Below, piece after piece: positions 32,207 through 45,415 of a stretch of 64,000 bases of DNA. The translations under genes were made by a program, and so were the position numbers. Source of the stretch: Guillardia theta CCMP2712 (lineage: Eukaryota; Protista; Cryptophyta); NCBI RefSeq assembly GCF_000315625.1, contig NW_005434671.1, positions 1,103,170-1,167,169 on the forward strand, written 5' to 3'. The first letter of the stretch is position 1, and each line of letters opens with the position of its first letter. Below the pieces are notes generated by a model. It did not search any database. It was not told the DNA's origin and worked only from the letters and a program-made list of their open reading frames with translations.

Positions 32207-35200
32207 GTCAGCGATAGGAAAATCGGAGCCTGCCATGACAGCTTCGATCTCCTTCACCTGCAACCAGCTCTCAGGGATACTGTTCGTCTTGCAAACAATC
32301 TCCCAAACCGTGCGAGGAACGTTGGTCATCAACTCAATCCCGTCTTTTGTGACAATCACGTTGTCTTCAATACGACATCCACCGAAGTTGAACCTGCGAC
32401 AACAAGCTCGTCATATCATGAACATCATACCATGTCATATCATATTCATCAGATAACGTCATGTCATGCCATGTCATGTCATGTCAATTCTTATCACGCA
32501 AGGAGCATCAAAACGATCATCTCCCAAATCGCATCAGTTGACACTTCTCAGCAACAACTTTCACATCAAATACACACATGCTCAGCAGCTTCTCTTCGCA
32601 CAAGAGCTTCTTCTTCGTTTCATCCTGCACATCTCTTATCATCCTCGAGCAAGTGCTCATTCGACTCACCTTGAGGGCTGGATCGAGTAGTGCAGGAATG
32701 AAATAACATCCAGGTTCGACGGTAAGCACCATCCCCTGTAGATAACCATTCACATAATTCTCCGCCCTGCTTCTCGTCACTCTCCAACCCCACCCTCCCT
32801 TGCTCGTTCCCTGCCATTGTCCTGCTCGTATCTTCCTCGTCCTCGTTCTCGTCCTCGTCCTCGTCCTCGTCCTCTCATACCTCAAGAAGCTGTCGATTCA
32901 TCCTGAGCGACTTGAATCGCTCGACACCCTTCGGGTAACCGCCGACGTCATGGGTGTCGATCCCCATGAGATGACCGAGGCCGTGAGGCATGAACAGTCC
33001 GGGGATCTGCCAGCGAGTGAGGCAGGGGAGGAAGGGACTGAATTTCCTCACCTTAGCAGCGATAATTTCTTCCATGGAACCTTTCAAGTATCCATGTTTG
33101 AGGAGCTGAAGACGGTCAGAGGAGCACACCGATACACGGCATCTCACATGTTCAGCGATCGTGTTCTCTGCCAGGTCGTGCATATCTCTCCACTCCACGC
33201 CCGGTTTCCTGCAAGCCATCAACATGCCGCGTGAACTCGACAGGCTCGTTACATGCTCTTCATCACACGCACAGTCGCATCCAACACGCCTTCGTAGATT
33301 CCCTTCTTGACTTCATCAAACTGTTGAGGTCATCGTAGCGTCATCATCAGGGCCCGTTGACATGTCAGTTGCTCACTTTTCCGCAGGCAGGGAAGGAGCA
33401 TGTGATGTCGGAGGCATAACCTGGTATCCCTGCTCAGATGCGAGATGCGAATCTGCCACTGGCAAAGAGAGCTCACAGTAGTATTCGTTCCCCATGTCAT
33501 TCAATATCATCTCATCTGCCATAAGCTTGCGATTGTTGGGCTGTTATGGCAGACAGGTCACAGATCAAAGGCGCACGGCTAGTTGAATGAAAAGTTGCTC
33601 ACTGCTCCCGCATGGCCGTAATGAAGGACAGCTGCGTTGGCGCCACATCCGCAGATCGCAGTGTAAGAAGCCTGGTAAAGCTTCGATGAGAAGGAGAAGG
33701 AGAAGGAGATACAATCACGTGTCTCATTCCTCCATTGAAATAACAGTAGTGCAAGAAATCAGCTTCCATCTGCTCTCAAGCATCAAAAATGGAACTGGAA
33801 GCAAGTTTTTCACCTGATATTCCATCATGTCTGGTTTCACCTGTGCAGCAACAACAGTCAGCGATCAAGACGGAGAGTCATGACGACAAATCACTTTCTG
33901 CATGACTGTGATGTGCGCTTTGCTGCTGACACGATTTGCAAACTTCAAGACTTCGAGCTCGGCGCTAGTCTTCGTCACGCTGGACATGGCGAGTAAGAGA
34001 GAAGATAAGATAAACTAAGGAGCAAGAGAGCATGAGGGAGGAGGATTGAGGAGGAGACACAGAGAAAGACGGGGAAGGGGAAGAAGAAAGGAGCAAGAGA
34101 GCATGAGGGAGGAGGATTGAGGAGGAGACACAGAGAAAGACGGGGAAGGGGGAGAAGAAAGGAGCAATACCGAGCTTCGAACAGTGCAGGATGCAGGATC
34201 TCAAGGTCACAAGGGAATGCCTCAATTCCGTCAAAGTGTGCGGGTTTCCCGACAGATCTGAAACAGGGAGATGGTCAGGTGCAGGCAGTCACAAACATGA
34301 GAAGATGCGGCACTTGCTGTCTGAGTTGACGCCGTTGTAGAGATAAATCTTCGTAGGAGAACAAGAAGTGAAGAAATCCTTGATCTGATCGGTATACATG
34401 ACCTGAGCTAGTTGAGAAGCCGAACTTTGTGAAAACACGTCAAAAACCTTGTCAACTTCGTACTTGACTTTGAAATCTTCTAGACTAGCAATGCTCCCCA
34501 TCCAAACAGCATATTCCTGTAGAGACATCACAAACAAGACATCATACAGGGGTCTCCATATCGTCGAGGTGTACCGAAGGCAAACGGGGAACAAACAGGA
34601 TACTCTCCCCCGAGTCGACCATCAATGCTCCAAAGCAGTCTGCAAACAATATCTGAGACAAGACAAAGGTCTCAAGAGGAGAAAACCGACCTGGTTCAGC
34701 GACACCGAACACGTAATGAAAGTTGGACTCCTGCAATGATACGAGTGAACGAAGAAAAATTGAAAATGAACCACTCGATGTCAAGTTAGCTTGATGCATA
34801 TCAAGTGCCCAACAATGGGGATTGAAAGCCCTCCCCCAACACATGCGCTTACTTGTCGGAAAAGCTCTTCATGATCGGTATCGTCCCTTTCGAAACCTCC
34901 ATCAGCACACAAACCTGACGAGATTTCGCTTTGAATACCTGCACCTCGAAACTCCTCCGGCGAGGAACGCGACGGATCCGAGAACAGCGCCAAGCTGCTT
35001 CATGTTCTTGGAGCAAAATGTCATCCTCTTCCTCTTCCTTGTCCTCTTTGTCCTCTTCGTCTTCTGCACTTCCCGTCCCCGCCTCACTCACCTTGATGAC
35101 TTTGTTTCGGGTCTCCTTGTGAAGAGAACGCGGGACTGCAAGAGTGTTGCCGCCCTGCCAGTAGTGCGAGGGTCCAGGTACTGACAAAACAACAAGGATC

Positions 35201-35330
35201 AGGACCATGAACACACCATGAGCGGGGGATGCGGGAGGAGCAAAATGTAGAAAAAGGAGTTTTGCATGCATCTGGACAAACTTGGACCTGAGGCGGTGGG
35301 CCAACCAGCAACCATCATGGGATTCTCCAT
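32174..35330 (-). CDS. PEPD: Xaa-Pro dipeptidase (prolidase, M24B)
   Basis: '[10 protein letters not shown]|[13 protein letters not shown]', '[20 protein letters not shown]', '[12 protein letters not shown]', '[26 protein letters not shown]'. Confidence 0.95.
34020..34166. repeat. Tandem duplication of about 71 bp inside a prolidase intron
   Basis: GAGCAAGAGAGCATGAGGGAGGAGGATTGAGGAGGAGACACAGAGAAAGACGGGGAAGGGG.. occurs twice head to tail. Confidence 0.9.
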
Positions 35331-36065
35331 ATGATACATCTTGCCGAAACTTGATCCTCAGCTCTGATGAGAATACGTCAGGACGCCATTCGTTCAAGGG
35401 GTTGGTTTCTCATATCGGGTAGTTGTTTCTTCTACAAACTCTTCCATTCAACTGATTCACCAATGCTCCACCTTCTACTCAACCGTGTGAAGGTCAGCAT
35501 CACATCTACTATCATCGACCATTGGATTGATATCAGCTGTTTCCTCCATGTCGTCTCCATCTTTGTCGCCATCTCGATCGCCTCCCTCCCTCCTAACAGG
35601 ACCAAACGCCCTGCAAGCGGCTGTATGGGATGGGGAGGGTAAGTTCTTCTAAATCGTAAATGCTGTCCCTCACAAAGTACTATCAACTATACTGAGGTTA
35701 GCTCGATTTAGTAATACATATAAAAGAAAGATCGAGCTGGGCATTGACCAACATGGTGACGTCAACTTGAAGGGGAAGGGGGGGAAGAGAAGGAGCAGAG
35801 GAACGGGCAGAGGCAGGGACGTATGCAGACGTACAGGTAGGAAGAAGGAGGAACAAGTGGAAGAAGTGAGAAGTGGGAGGGTGGGAGCGGGAAGAGTCAG
35901 GCCAGCAGATCAAAGGCAACGAATATCGAATGGCAGAACTGTGCAGTTGAGGAGGCAGGAAAGCAAGCACCGGGTCCTTGCAGAAGGTTGAGCAGGGAAA
36001 CAATGGCATGCGATCACAGGAAGTCGCATGACCATGTGCGATGCAGGACTGTCCCCCGCCTAGTC

Positions 36066-37915
36066 ATGGCGAGGGCGTTTCTCTTCGGCGTTGCTATTGG
36101 GTTCGCGACCTTGAGCGCATACCAGCTGTGGAACCATCGAAACTCCAGCAGCATGCGGATGAATAGACATCGATCGTCTCTTAGCAGGTGGTCCAAGATC
36201 CAAGGAAACAGGACCAAGGAAGGTCATCGTGGACACACCAGGGACTACATGGCTGTATGCGACATACAACGGCCTGAGAACTGGGTTGTGGATATGAAGT
36301 ACGAGGCCTCGAGCGAGGAGTCTGATAGCGTCAAGAAGAAGCGTTTCTTCGTCAGCGTTCATGATCCTTCGATCGACACGGTGATCAGCAAAGGGATACT
36401 GGATGGAATATGGGGTCCAAAGGAGAAGTACCCCAGTGTTACAGAGATGTTCTCTATCTGCAAGTTTGCAGGGAGTAAGAAGACTGGGAGACCCTACCGT
36501 CTTGATTGCGGGAACGGCAAAGTTTTCGTGGAAGGGGGAGCTGCCATCGGAATGGTTGTTTCTATCGAACCCACTCTCTGTAAACTATGTCACTGACAAG
36601 GTGTTCACTTAGGTTAGCTTGTACATGGCTGCACGCGGCATGCGAGTCTATTCCTATGACGTGATGACAGGTGTCTTGACTTGACTTTGAGACTGATGGA
36701 GCACAGGCTGTAAAAGACAACGTAGAGCGCATCACGGAAAGCGCATGCATGAATGGTGTCCGTCATTGTACCCACGTGAACAACTCCTTCCATGCGAATG
36801 GCTGAGTTGCTGAGATGGAGAAATATGTTTGCAGAGAAGATTGAAGCATGAGAAGTTGAACAAAGGAGGCAAGATCAGCCGCAAGAGTAAGTTTCATTCT
36901 GACCTGCACGGCTCTGATGCGATTTGGAAGAGCGAAAAGAGATTTCCTCTGAATGTCGAAACTCAAGCCTTTGGGGCCACTTTTCTCCATCAAGATTCAA
37001 AGTGAAAAAAACATGATTGATGTTCGCTTTTCATTTGTGTTGATTTGATTGTATAGATCCGACAAAATCTGATTGGAGAGAGGACGGCAAACACCACAGC
37101 TGGGAAGGTATCAAACAACATAGCAACTTGCACTGTTTGTAATTTGATCTTCTATCCAGATGCACAAGCTGCAGACGCAGCCTGGGAATCTTGCAGCCAT
37201 CGAACTGGGGGGTGGTGTAGTGACAACAGAGGTGTGTCCGTATGGCCTCGCAGTCCTGCGTAACGGATCTTTTCTCAGGCCTCGTTGATCACTGTCGATG
37301 AGGACGTTAAGAGCAGACAGGTGAGAGAGTGAGCTCTGAGGGTGAACCTGAGAGGCATGGCGAAGATCGAGATGCTTCACTTGTCCGGGGGATACAGCAC
37401 ACAAGGGTATATCTCTGTTCGTTTCTACAAGTTTCGTGAGAGAAATGTCAAAGACCATGGAGCGAGCTGAATGCCATGCGGGGGGCAAAATCCTTCTTTG
37501 AGAAGCGAAGGTGCTTTGAGGCATGGTTGGGGTTTCAATTTCTGATGTTTGTCTGGTAAGGATCAAGAATGTGCTCTTTCTCCGTTACTACGGAGAGAGC
37601 CAGGTCTGCTGCTCACTTGCTGGTTGAAACTGAGCTCACTAGATGCGCACAGGAGGGTAAAGACAAGATGGTGTGAATGAGCATTGGATGATCTTTGATG
37701 CTCGACAGGCAGATCTGACTCCATCTCATAGGCGAAGGAGATCGTCGAATTCCTGCAAGGCTACGGGTTTGAGTTCTACAACGTCGAGCAATCAAGTTGC
37801 ACGACTACCGCTCCTACCTCGTTTGCGCTGAATGGATTTGATGCAGGAGAGGGAGACGGCAATACCCCTCCTAAATGGATTCCACCCAGCGAGGTAAGTG
37901 GGGCTGTGTGATGCT
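36066..37915 (+). CDS. Type II membrane SAM-dependent methyltransferase, FkbM-like (multi-exon)
   Basis: N-terminal TM 'AFLFGVAIGFATLSAYQLW'; 'HDPSIDTVISKGILDGIW' and motif I-like 'VFVEGGAAIGM|VSLYMAARGMRV'. 3' end approximate. Confidence 0.55.
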
Positions 37916-38239
37916 GGAACAACAATTGAACCTTGAAACAGGTTATGAGCTACGTGATGCAACCCCGAGACTATGGTGCACACCCCCGTATTCTTGCGTC
38001 GTTGGGGAAGTCCCATGTAAACAAAACAAGACACAACTAACTGGTGCAGTCTCTATGAAAATGACTGGAGTCCTTAGCAATAATAAAAGTAAACGAGTCG
38101 TGTAGCAGAAGACAGGACAGCTTCGCAAGATATTGTTTATTCTTCTATGAAACAGGCGCACGGGAAAATTCCACTAAAGAAGTACAGCAAGCCGCACACA
38201 AAAAAAGGAGGATAATGCAATTTACAATGCTTGTAGCAC

Positions 38240-38563
38240 TCAATGGTCGGTGCGTCGACGAGTAGTACGCATTCTCATGCAGACGTAGTTGGCATAGTCG
38301 TGCCAGAGGGGATCTGTGCAGTACTCATCCGTGCGACTATCATTTGATCCCGTAGAGGGAACACGGCAGAGAGGAGCTTTGTCAAGATCCATGGAGGTCT
38401 TTGATTCTTCATCACACATCCTGGGGTCAGAAGCACAGGATTCATCCCCTCTGTTTCGCTTTCCATCATGCTCCTTGTCCGCAACAATGGGAGGAAGCGT
38501 GCAAAAGAACTGATCGAAGGCGTCCTTCTGGAGGGGCTTTATCGTAGTAGCGCTGCAGCTCAT
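38240..38563 (-). CDS. Small intronless hypothetical protein (107 aa)
   Basis: ATG-initiated ORF between two non-coding tracts with plausible composition; no family recognised. Confidence 0.5.
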   Translation of the reverse strand: MSCSATTIKPLQKDAFDQFFCTLPPIVADKEHDGKRNRGDESCASDPRMCDEESKTSMDLDKAPLCRVPSTGSNDSRTDEYCTDPLWHDYANYVCMRMRTTRRRTDH

Positions 38564-40411
38564 GGTTTCAATACGGGGAACTGAGGAAATTTTCGAAGGA
38601 AGGTTTCTCTGTGGAGGAGGAAGAAAACTTGTTCTGATCAGCGAAGAGAGCGAGTCGAGCAGGAGGTTGTGTGGGAGGGATTGATGTCAGGAACGACAGT
38701 TGTGTCCGGCTTTATTGGCACATTCCACCACCCCACCCACCCTCCGAGCTCAAAACCTCTTCAATTCCTAATCTGGGTGTTGGAGGTCAGTACCCGTTCA
38801 AGTAACACAATTTTGCACTAATCAAGTTTGGTGGGGTAGTGACCCCTACCACGACGAATGTAGCAAGCCCGCAATCTCGTGCTTCGTCATTAGCTCCTAA
38901 TGACCAAACCGGACCGTTTCTATTTTGGAGCGTTCCATTTAAATAGTTTTATTCTTTGCTCCAAAGCAAGTGATTGGAGCAAAAGGATAGGATGATCGGT
39001 TGCGGATGGTTTCCGTGTCCGTCAGTACCGGTACATGTCAAAGCCATGAATATGGTAGGGTATAGTAATCAGTATCCCGGAACTTATGTGAAAAGGAGTT
39101 ATTTCCATAAAACGAGATATTCGCTTACCTTTTGGATAGACTGGAGGGGTACAAGTCCATCCACCGGGTGGGTAGGGGTCCAGGTAGGGGTCCTTCCGGT
39201 CCAGTCGGACTGGTTTCTGTCAATGTCTCCCACCGAGGCTCTATAGTCAACTAGAAAAACATCACAAAAAGGCCTTATAATCAATACTTTTCAATTGTTC
39301 ACGAATTTCAATGCTCATAGTCATTATCATTCAGGTGTCATAGTCAAAATCTGGTAAATCCGATACAGTGTTGTAGTCAATTGAGTCACGATGGTTCGAC
39401 TGTCATGAAGGCTGGCCCCAAGAGGCTGGCCCCACCCCCTCCACCTGCCTCTTGTACCCCCCGTTTCCCATGCCTCCCTCCATGACCCCCTTTGGCCCGT
39501 TATAGATAGGGGTAACTGAGGCAAATCCAGTACAAACTTTGCAGCCCTTTAAACCCGGCGCTGGTCAGACTGTTCGGCCATGACAATCTGACATGATATG
39601 ACTGGGGCAAACCGGCGGGGCCGCGCTGGTGAGGCTGGGAGGTCAAGGGTGTAAGGGTGGTACTTTTCACATATATCTGCCAATTAAGTAGAAGGGGACC
39701 TCACTGGGACTCCCGGCCCTTGAGGCTCCGAGAGAACTCCGAAACTCGGACAAAGTCAAACGGAGGCCACAGCCAGTTCCCCTTATTAGTACTTGTATGA
39801 CCGTGATGCCTGTGACGTGACGCAACTTTGAGTAAAAGATGACGCCTGCAGCTGAGTCTGGCAGCACCGTTCGTCCGATCGGTCACGGCGCCGGGCCGCG
39901 CGGGCCGCGCCGAGTGCCAGACCGGGCCGGGCTGAACGTTTACTCAAAGGCTAAGTCGTCTGAACCGTTTCACCGCCGCCACGCCCGGGGCGTGACGCCC
40001 GGGGCGTGACGCTTGATCGACTGTTTTTTGCTCAAGTTAAGTTAAAAAAGACTCAGAGTACGAGCCTGACTGCGGCAATCAGGAGAGTCGAGGACCATTC
40101 AATGATTATCATGGCCCCCGCGCCATGATGCCAGCGGCTGCCGCAGTGCGGATGTCCGTCACGGCGCTGTGGCCGCCGCCGCCGGACGAAGGAATGACTC
40201 GGACGTATACGGCGGGCCGGACTCCATTACCGTACGTTTGCTAATAGCTTTACAGTCAATATCCGATTCTGTCCTTCCTGGTACTATCATTTTACCAGGC
40301 TACCGTACTGCTACTGTGGTGTGAGAGATGGGCCCGTGACAGCCTGCACCGTCAAAATTCCGACGGACTCCGCCGGGGATTCCGCACTTGCGAGGTGACA
40401 CGGTATGTGAC

Positions 40412-42607
40412 TCAAACTCTGTAGCCAGCTTGAATTTGCTTGGCGATGGTCACAAGCTGAATGTTGCTCGTTCCTTCGTAGATTGTTCCGATCTTAGAGT
40501 CGCGGTAGTACCTGGTAGAAATGATCATCGTCATTCAACTCTGGCCGACTCTCAAGCAAGGGAAGTACTTCTCAGCAGGCATGCCCTTCGTAAATCCAAT
40601 ACCACCTAACTGAGCGTGAGTGTCCCATGACTATGATGCTATACAACATCAGAATTACCTAGCCAATCTATGCATTGACTGGCAGTGCTTTGTGCAACTT
40701 CCGTAGCCTGCAATTAGTCAAACGATGAACACGGAAAGTAGGCACCAATCACAAATTGTACCTTCAATTTGGCCATGGCCGCTTCCATCACAAATGGAGC
40801 CTTGGCTTCTTTCAATCTTGCTGCGTTGTACACCAACACCCTACAAGTTCCAACAAGATCAATGCGTTTCCGCCTAATATATACACGAAATACTTCGCGG
40901 CTTCGATTTCCATGAGGGCCCGCGCATATTGAAATTGCATGCCCTTTAAAGATACAATTATTCATACATACTAGTCAAGAAGAATCTTGATAAAAATTGA
41001 ACATAAATCATGTGAGACAGACCTGGAAATCGGCAACGGAACGTCCGAATTGTTTCCTCTCGTGCAAGTCTGCAAACTGGTTATTGAAAAAAAAGATTCG
41101 TGTTGTGGATCACATGGCAGTGTGTTCTCAAAGGCTCCCAGTGCAAGCCCCACCATCTGTGGAAATGAGATAGTTAGGTGACCGTCGCAACTGTTGATGC
41201 CACACTCTAACACACCTGAGCCCCTATTCCGATTCGTCCTTCGTTGAGAAGTTCAATAGCCATCTTGTATCCTTGTCCGCGTTTTCCAAGCATCTGGGCT
41301 GAAAATCAATGGACTCTCGCGGAATTCCACCAGGGCTACCGCATCTTTGGATACTCTGCAATTCTCCAAGGTGACCTCTGCCCAAGACTATGTTAGTACA
41401 ACGAAGACAACAAAATATGGTTTCATGAGGATACCGCATGTCGATGATGCTCTGATTCCTAGTTTGTCTTCCTTCGCGCCAACTGCCTATACCACCAAGT
41501 ATCGAGTCAGCACCTGGAGCGAAAATCTGCAAACCAAAATCATACTATTCCAGGGTTTGACTTGTCAACAATGAACGCAGTGATTCCCTTATGTGCCTAA
41601 ATTCAAGAATCAAAATTTAAGATCAAAGTGATCAACAATGTGAATCGTGAGAACCTCTGAAAAATCAGTGTTGGCAAAAATAATGAAAATTTCGGCTTCT
41701 TTAGAATTCGATATCCAGCTTTTGGTCCCGTTCAAAACCCATTCCTGGTAGTGAATTTCAGATATGAGTGCCAGCAAAGAATGTACTTGACCTGAGATGC
41801 TTCATCCCATTCAGCTTTGGTTTTCAATGCAAATGCATCTGAGCCGCTTCCTGACTCTGACAAGCAGAAGCTGCTGAGAGCCGATTTGCATAATCTTGGG
41901 AAATATTTTTCTTTCTGTTCGGTGGTCGCATATCTGTTGAACGCTGTAATGTTGAGGGTGTTATGGATGTCCACCATGACCGCAACAGCAGGATCTACTT
42001 TGGCTATCTCTTCAATCACCACGCAAGCAGCAGTAAACCCCAGACCCACCCCTCCATACTCTACTGGAGCCTCGATCCCCATTATTCCCATCTCGAAGCA
42101 AGCAGCGATGATTTCGGGGTCCATCACTCCCTTGTCATCCATTTCTCGAACTTTAGGGCCAATAACCTCTTTTGCGAAGGCAGACACATGTTCTTTCAGA
42201 GCGAGCTCCTCCTCTGATAGTGCCGTGACTGCCGGTCGGCTTGTCGGCTCTGGGTCGTGTCTCCTGGCACAGAAAGTACGTCTAGTCTCAACTTTCAAAA
42301 GGCTTCTGTGACAAGGAAATATGCCAATCCGATGGGAAGAAGTGTGATCACAACATAGTTCAATCAAATTCAGGTTTCTCTGCGACCCAAGAAACCATGG
42401 ATGAGCAACGATTGAACGATTGGTGTCGGTTTGTTGTTGATCCGAGGGGCATTTGTCCATGATTTGAGACTCATGATTGGCAGCATTGGCGAGAGATGAA
42501 GACAGGCGAGCAGAAAAGAAACCAGCTGAAAGAGTTGAGACCTTGTGAGAGGATGGAGAAAGGACAAGTCGTCGAGGGAAGGGCATGAACAAGAAATTCC
42601 GCCGCAT
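40412..42607 (-). CDS. ACADSB: Short/branched-chain acyl-CoA dehydrogenase, probably mitochondrial
   Basis: '[13 protein letters not shown]', '[21 protein letters not shown]', '[18 protein letters not shown]', '[11 protein letters not shown]', '[18 protein letters not shown]'. Confidence 0.93.
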
Positions 42608-42989
42608 GCTGCTCCTGCACCAGCGCACTAACAGCCACAAACCCTATAAAAAAAATGTTTTAGTTGGATTCGTGGGGTTGTACCCAACGGGGGTGCCTTT
42701 GATCCCATGTGGGTCCTTGATGTTTCCATGTTCCAAAAATAATATATGGTTTATCTTGCATTGTGTGGTCGTGCTGGTACAAATCTGCAGATTAAGAGAA
42801 TAAAAAAATTGCTTATCTCATGATTATATGGTTACATTTATGGAATATTTATCGCTTGGGTTGTAAATTGTTTGGTTGGCCGGAAATAGAGGGTAAGGGT
42901 ACTCAACAATGCTGAATTGAGAGGGTGGGTGGGTACTCCTTGTTGCAGGGCAATTTCGCAAGTTGCACCGTAGCGGTACACGTTGCAAC

Positions 42990-43066
42990 TTTCAGAGTTT
43001 CAGAGTTTTAGAGTTTCAGAGTTTCAGAGTTTCAGAGTTTCAGAGTTTCAGAGTTTCAGAGTTTCA
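42990..43066. repeat. (TTTCAGAG)n 8-bp tandem repeat, about 9.5 copies
   Basis: Direct reading; one variant unit TTTTAGAG. Confidence 0.95.
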
Positions 43067-43295
43067 AGTGGTTGGCCCTTCGTCAGCCAAACAATGGTAA
43101 GCACCCGTTCGCAATGCAAGTGATGTGTGACATGGCTGTTTGACGGGGAACATGATCATGATTGAGAATCAAGCTCTCTTCCATGAAATTTCCGAATGTT
43201 GCTAGATTTCCTTTTGATGACTGAATCAGACCGCAAAGTCTTTGTGGAGATGGTAACTCACGAGGATTGTGATAAAGCACAATGAATAACACGGA

Positions 43296-43661
43296 ATGGA
43301 TGTCGTGATATTGTTCATGAAATGTTCAACATGTGTTCGAGTGGTGGGATTGATCTCTTCCACTCAGCTCTTTGTGGTTGCTCGCGCTCCTGCTCTCTAC
43401 TACCTTCACCCCGACGTCTCCTTCTTCAAGGGGAATGGCTTCAAGCAGCTTGGGCCTTACCTTGACATGCCGGACAACTCAGCGGCTGGAGATGTAAGTT
43501 CTTGCTCCAACGCTGAAGATATGTTTCTACATGACCAAACCCTTGGAAGTCTTCCAAACTGATTAATCCTTTTCTCTTTGGCCCTACAGGTGTGGAACCC
43601 CCCTGACACTGAGTCGACTTCTGGTATCAGCTATGACAACTGCGAATCCCTTGAGGACTAA
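43296..43661 (+). CDS. Small (~70 aa) spliced protein of unknown function
   Basis: 'LFVVARAPALYYLHPDVSFFKGNGFKQLGPYLDMPDNSAAGD|VWNPPDTESTSGISYDNCESLED*' with a strong GTAAGT...CTACAG intron and C/T-ending codon bias. Start uncertain. Confidence 0.65.
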
Positions 43662-43794
43662 TAGCTGGGACATTTTAACTTCATTCTTTACTGTACATGA
43701 CAAATGAAGATAGCAAACAAGACAGAATGCATCAGGTTGGCGTTTCGGATTGGTTGAAAAGCTTAAAGATTTCAGCTCAGAATCATGTTGAGTT

Positions 43795-44802
43795 TTAAAT
43801 TTGATCGTCGGCCTTGATTGCCTCTTCCTGCTGACATTGTGGATTTGAGCTCTGATAAGGGCAAGTCTGCCACCTGCAAATCACATGCTCAGCAGCAGCA
43901 CATGGAGTACGAACAACCAACCATTTCAAAGTACGAGCGAGCTGTTTGTTGGACGCCACGAGATGTGGCTGTCTGCCTTTGCAGTCTCTCGATTTGGTGC
44001 TTGCTCCTGCTGCGACGAGAAGTTTTGCTGCATGCGGGAGGTCGAGCTCTGCACACAGATGTAAAGGAGTCTTTCTGCAGAACTCCTTGGAGGCGTGCTT
44101 GTCAACGGGTACATGCCGTGACATGAGCTGTTCTAGTATCCACGTCTGGTTCGAAATGACTGCCATATGAGCGAGTGACCAGCCGTCGCTGTTGAGGGCC
44201 TGTAATGCTGAATCCGTTGAGACGGCGATCCCAAAGTGAAGGATGGAATTCCACCATGCCTCAGGCTTCTGGAGCATTTCTCTGTCGATGCGCATCGCTC
44301 CCCTAGCAAGCCATGTTTCCTTGACGCATTCTTGCAAAGCGAGAGTGACGTTGAAGGTCTGCGACAGCAGATTGCAGGCGGAGAGCGGGTCCAACATGCT
44401 CATTTGTCTTGCTAACCATCCTTTGCTCTCAATCAGTCTTGAAGCCCGTTGCATCTCGCTGCATTGACAATAATGAGACATGCCCCAAGGGTAATTGTAC
44501 TCGGGGACAATTTCTTCAGAGACTCCCGGTGATCCCGCTGACGGGGGAGAGGCGCTGGAGTCCATTCGCCACCACATGTGAGCTATGACGACCATCACAA
44601 GACAAGAAGCTGTCAGCACCTTGGAGATGAACCAACATGTGTCTCCTCGCCCATGGCGCTTCAAACCTTGGTTGGGTCCGTCCTCGTCCACTGATTTCTC
44701 ATTTTTTTCCGAGGACTTGTTTTCTGCTTGCTGCCCTGCATCCTCTGTCTTGTTGACTTCACCTTCACGTCTCTCTCCCTGTCTTCCTCTCAGTTTCGGC
44801 AT
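43795..44802 (-). CDS. Membrane-anchored ankyrin repeat protein
   Basis: TM 'VLTASCLVMVVIAHMWW'; ANK motifs 'DGWSLAHMAV', 'KTPLHLCAELDLPHAAKLLVAAGAS', 'DCKGRQPHLVA'. Confidence 0.8.
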   Translation of the reverse strand: MPKLRGRQGERREGEVNKTEDAGQQAENKSSEKNEKSVDEDGPNQGLKRHGRGDTCWFISKVLTASCLVMVVIAHMWWRMDSSASPPSAGSPGVSEEIVPEYNYPWGMSHYCQCSEMQRASRLIESKGWLARQMSMLDPLSACNLLSQTFNVTLALQECVKETWLARGAMRIDREMLQKPEAWWNSILHFGIAVSTDSALQALNSDGWSLAHMAVISNQTWILEQLMSRHVPVDKHASKEFCRKTPLHLCAELDLPHAAKLLVAAGASTKSRDCKGRQPHLVASNKQLARTLKWLVVRTPCAAAEHVICRWQTCPYQSSNPQCQQEEAIKADDQI

Positions 44803-45415
44803 TCTCCCATCTTCATCGCTTCTCGGAGTACATCACCTTGTCGACTCCTCTCTCTCTCTTAGGTTTTTTTTAAAATGATTTTGACGCAAGTCAAAAAAAC
44901 TAAAAAAAATCTTGACGTGCCGTTGATTGAGAGGCTGGCCGAGTCCGACGGTCACCGCCCGGCGGGTCACACGGTGGCGCTCAGTGCCGCGGGCGTGGGA
45001 CTCCCCGAGCCTGACTCAGTGAGGGCCGGCGGGGGGCCGAATCGGTCTGTTACTTTGAAGCTATGATCGGATCATCAGAGGGCTAGTCTTCTTTACTCAG
45101 CTAGTAGTACTCGTGGAGACATTCAATACCGCATAGTAAAAGAATCGTAATGAATAAATATTGACTCAGCTCGGCCCCCCACGCAGGCCGCGCCGCGGTC
45201 TCCGGGCCCGACCGTACCCACTCACGCGGCCGGCCGCGCGCTGCTTCGGAGTTCCATGCTATCAGAACAAGTTTGTCATGCTCATGATGGGACCGTCCCC
45301 TCGGGCCTGCGGGAGGCTCTTCGTGCAGCAGTGCCGCAGTGCAGTCTCAGGCTCGACTCGGGAGTCTCATCCCATCCCTCCTCTCCGGACTGCGCGGCAT
45401 CCACGAGTCTCCTCC

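Noticed and set aside
42990-43066. (TTTCAGAG)n as interstitial telomere or CRISPR array
   Set aside because: No G-run telomeric motif and no spacers; a simple 8-bp tandem repeat.
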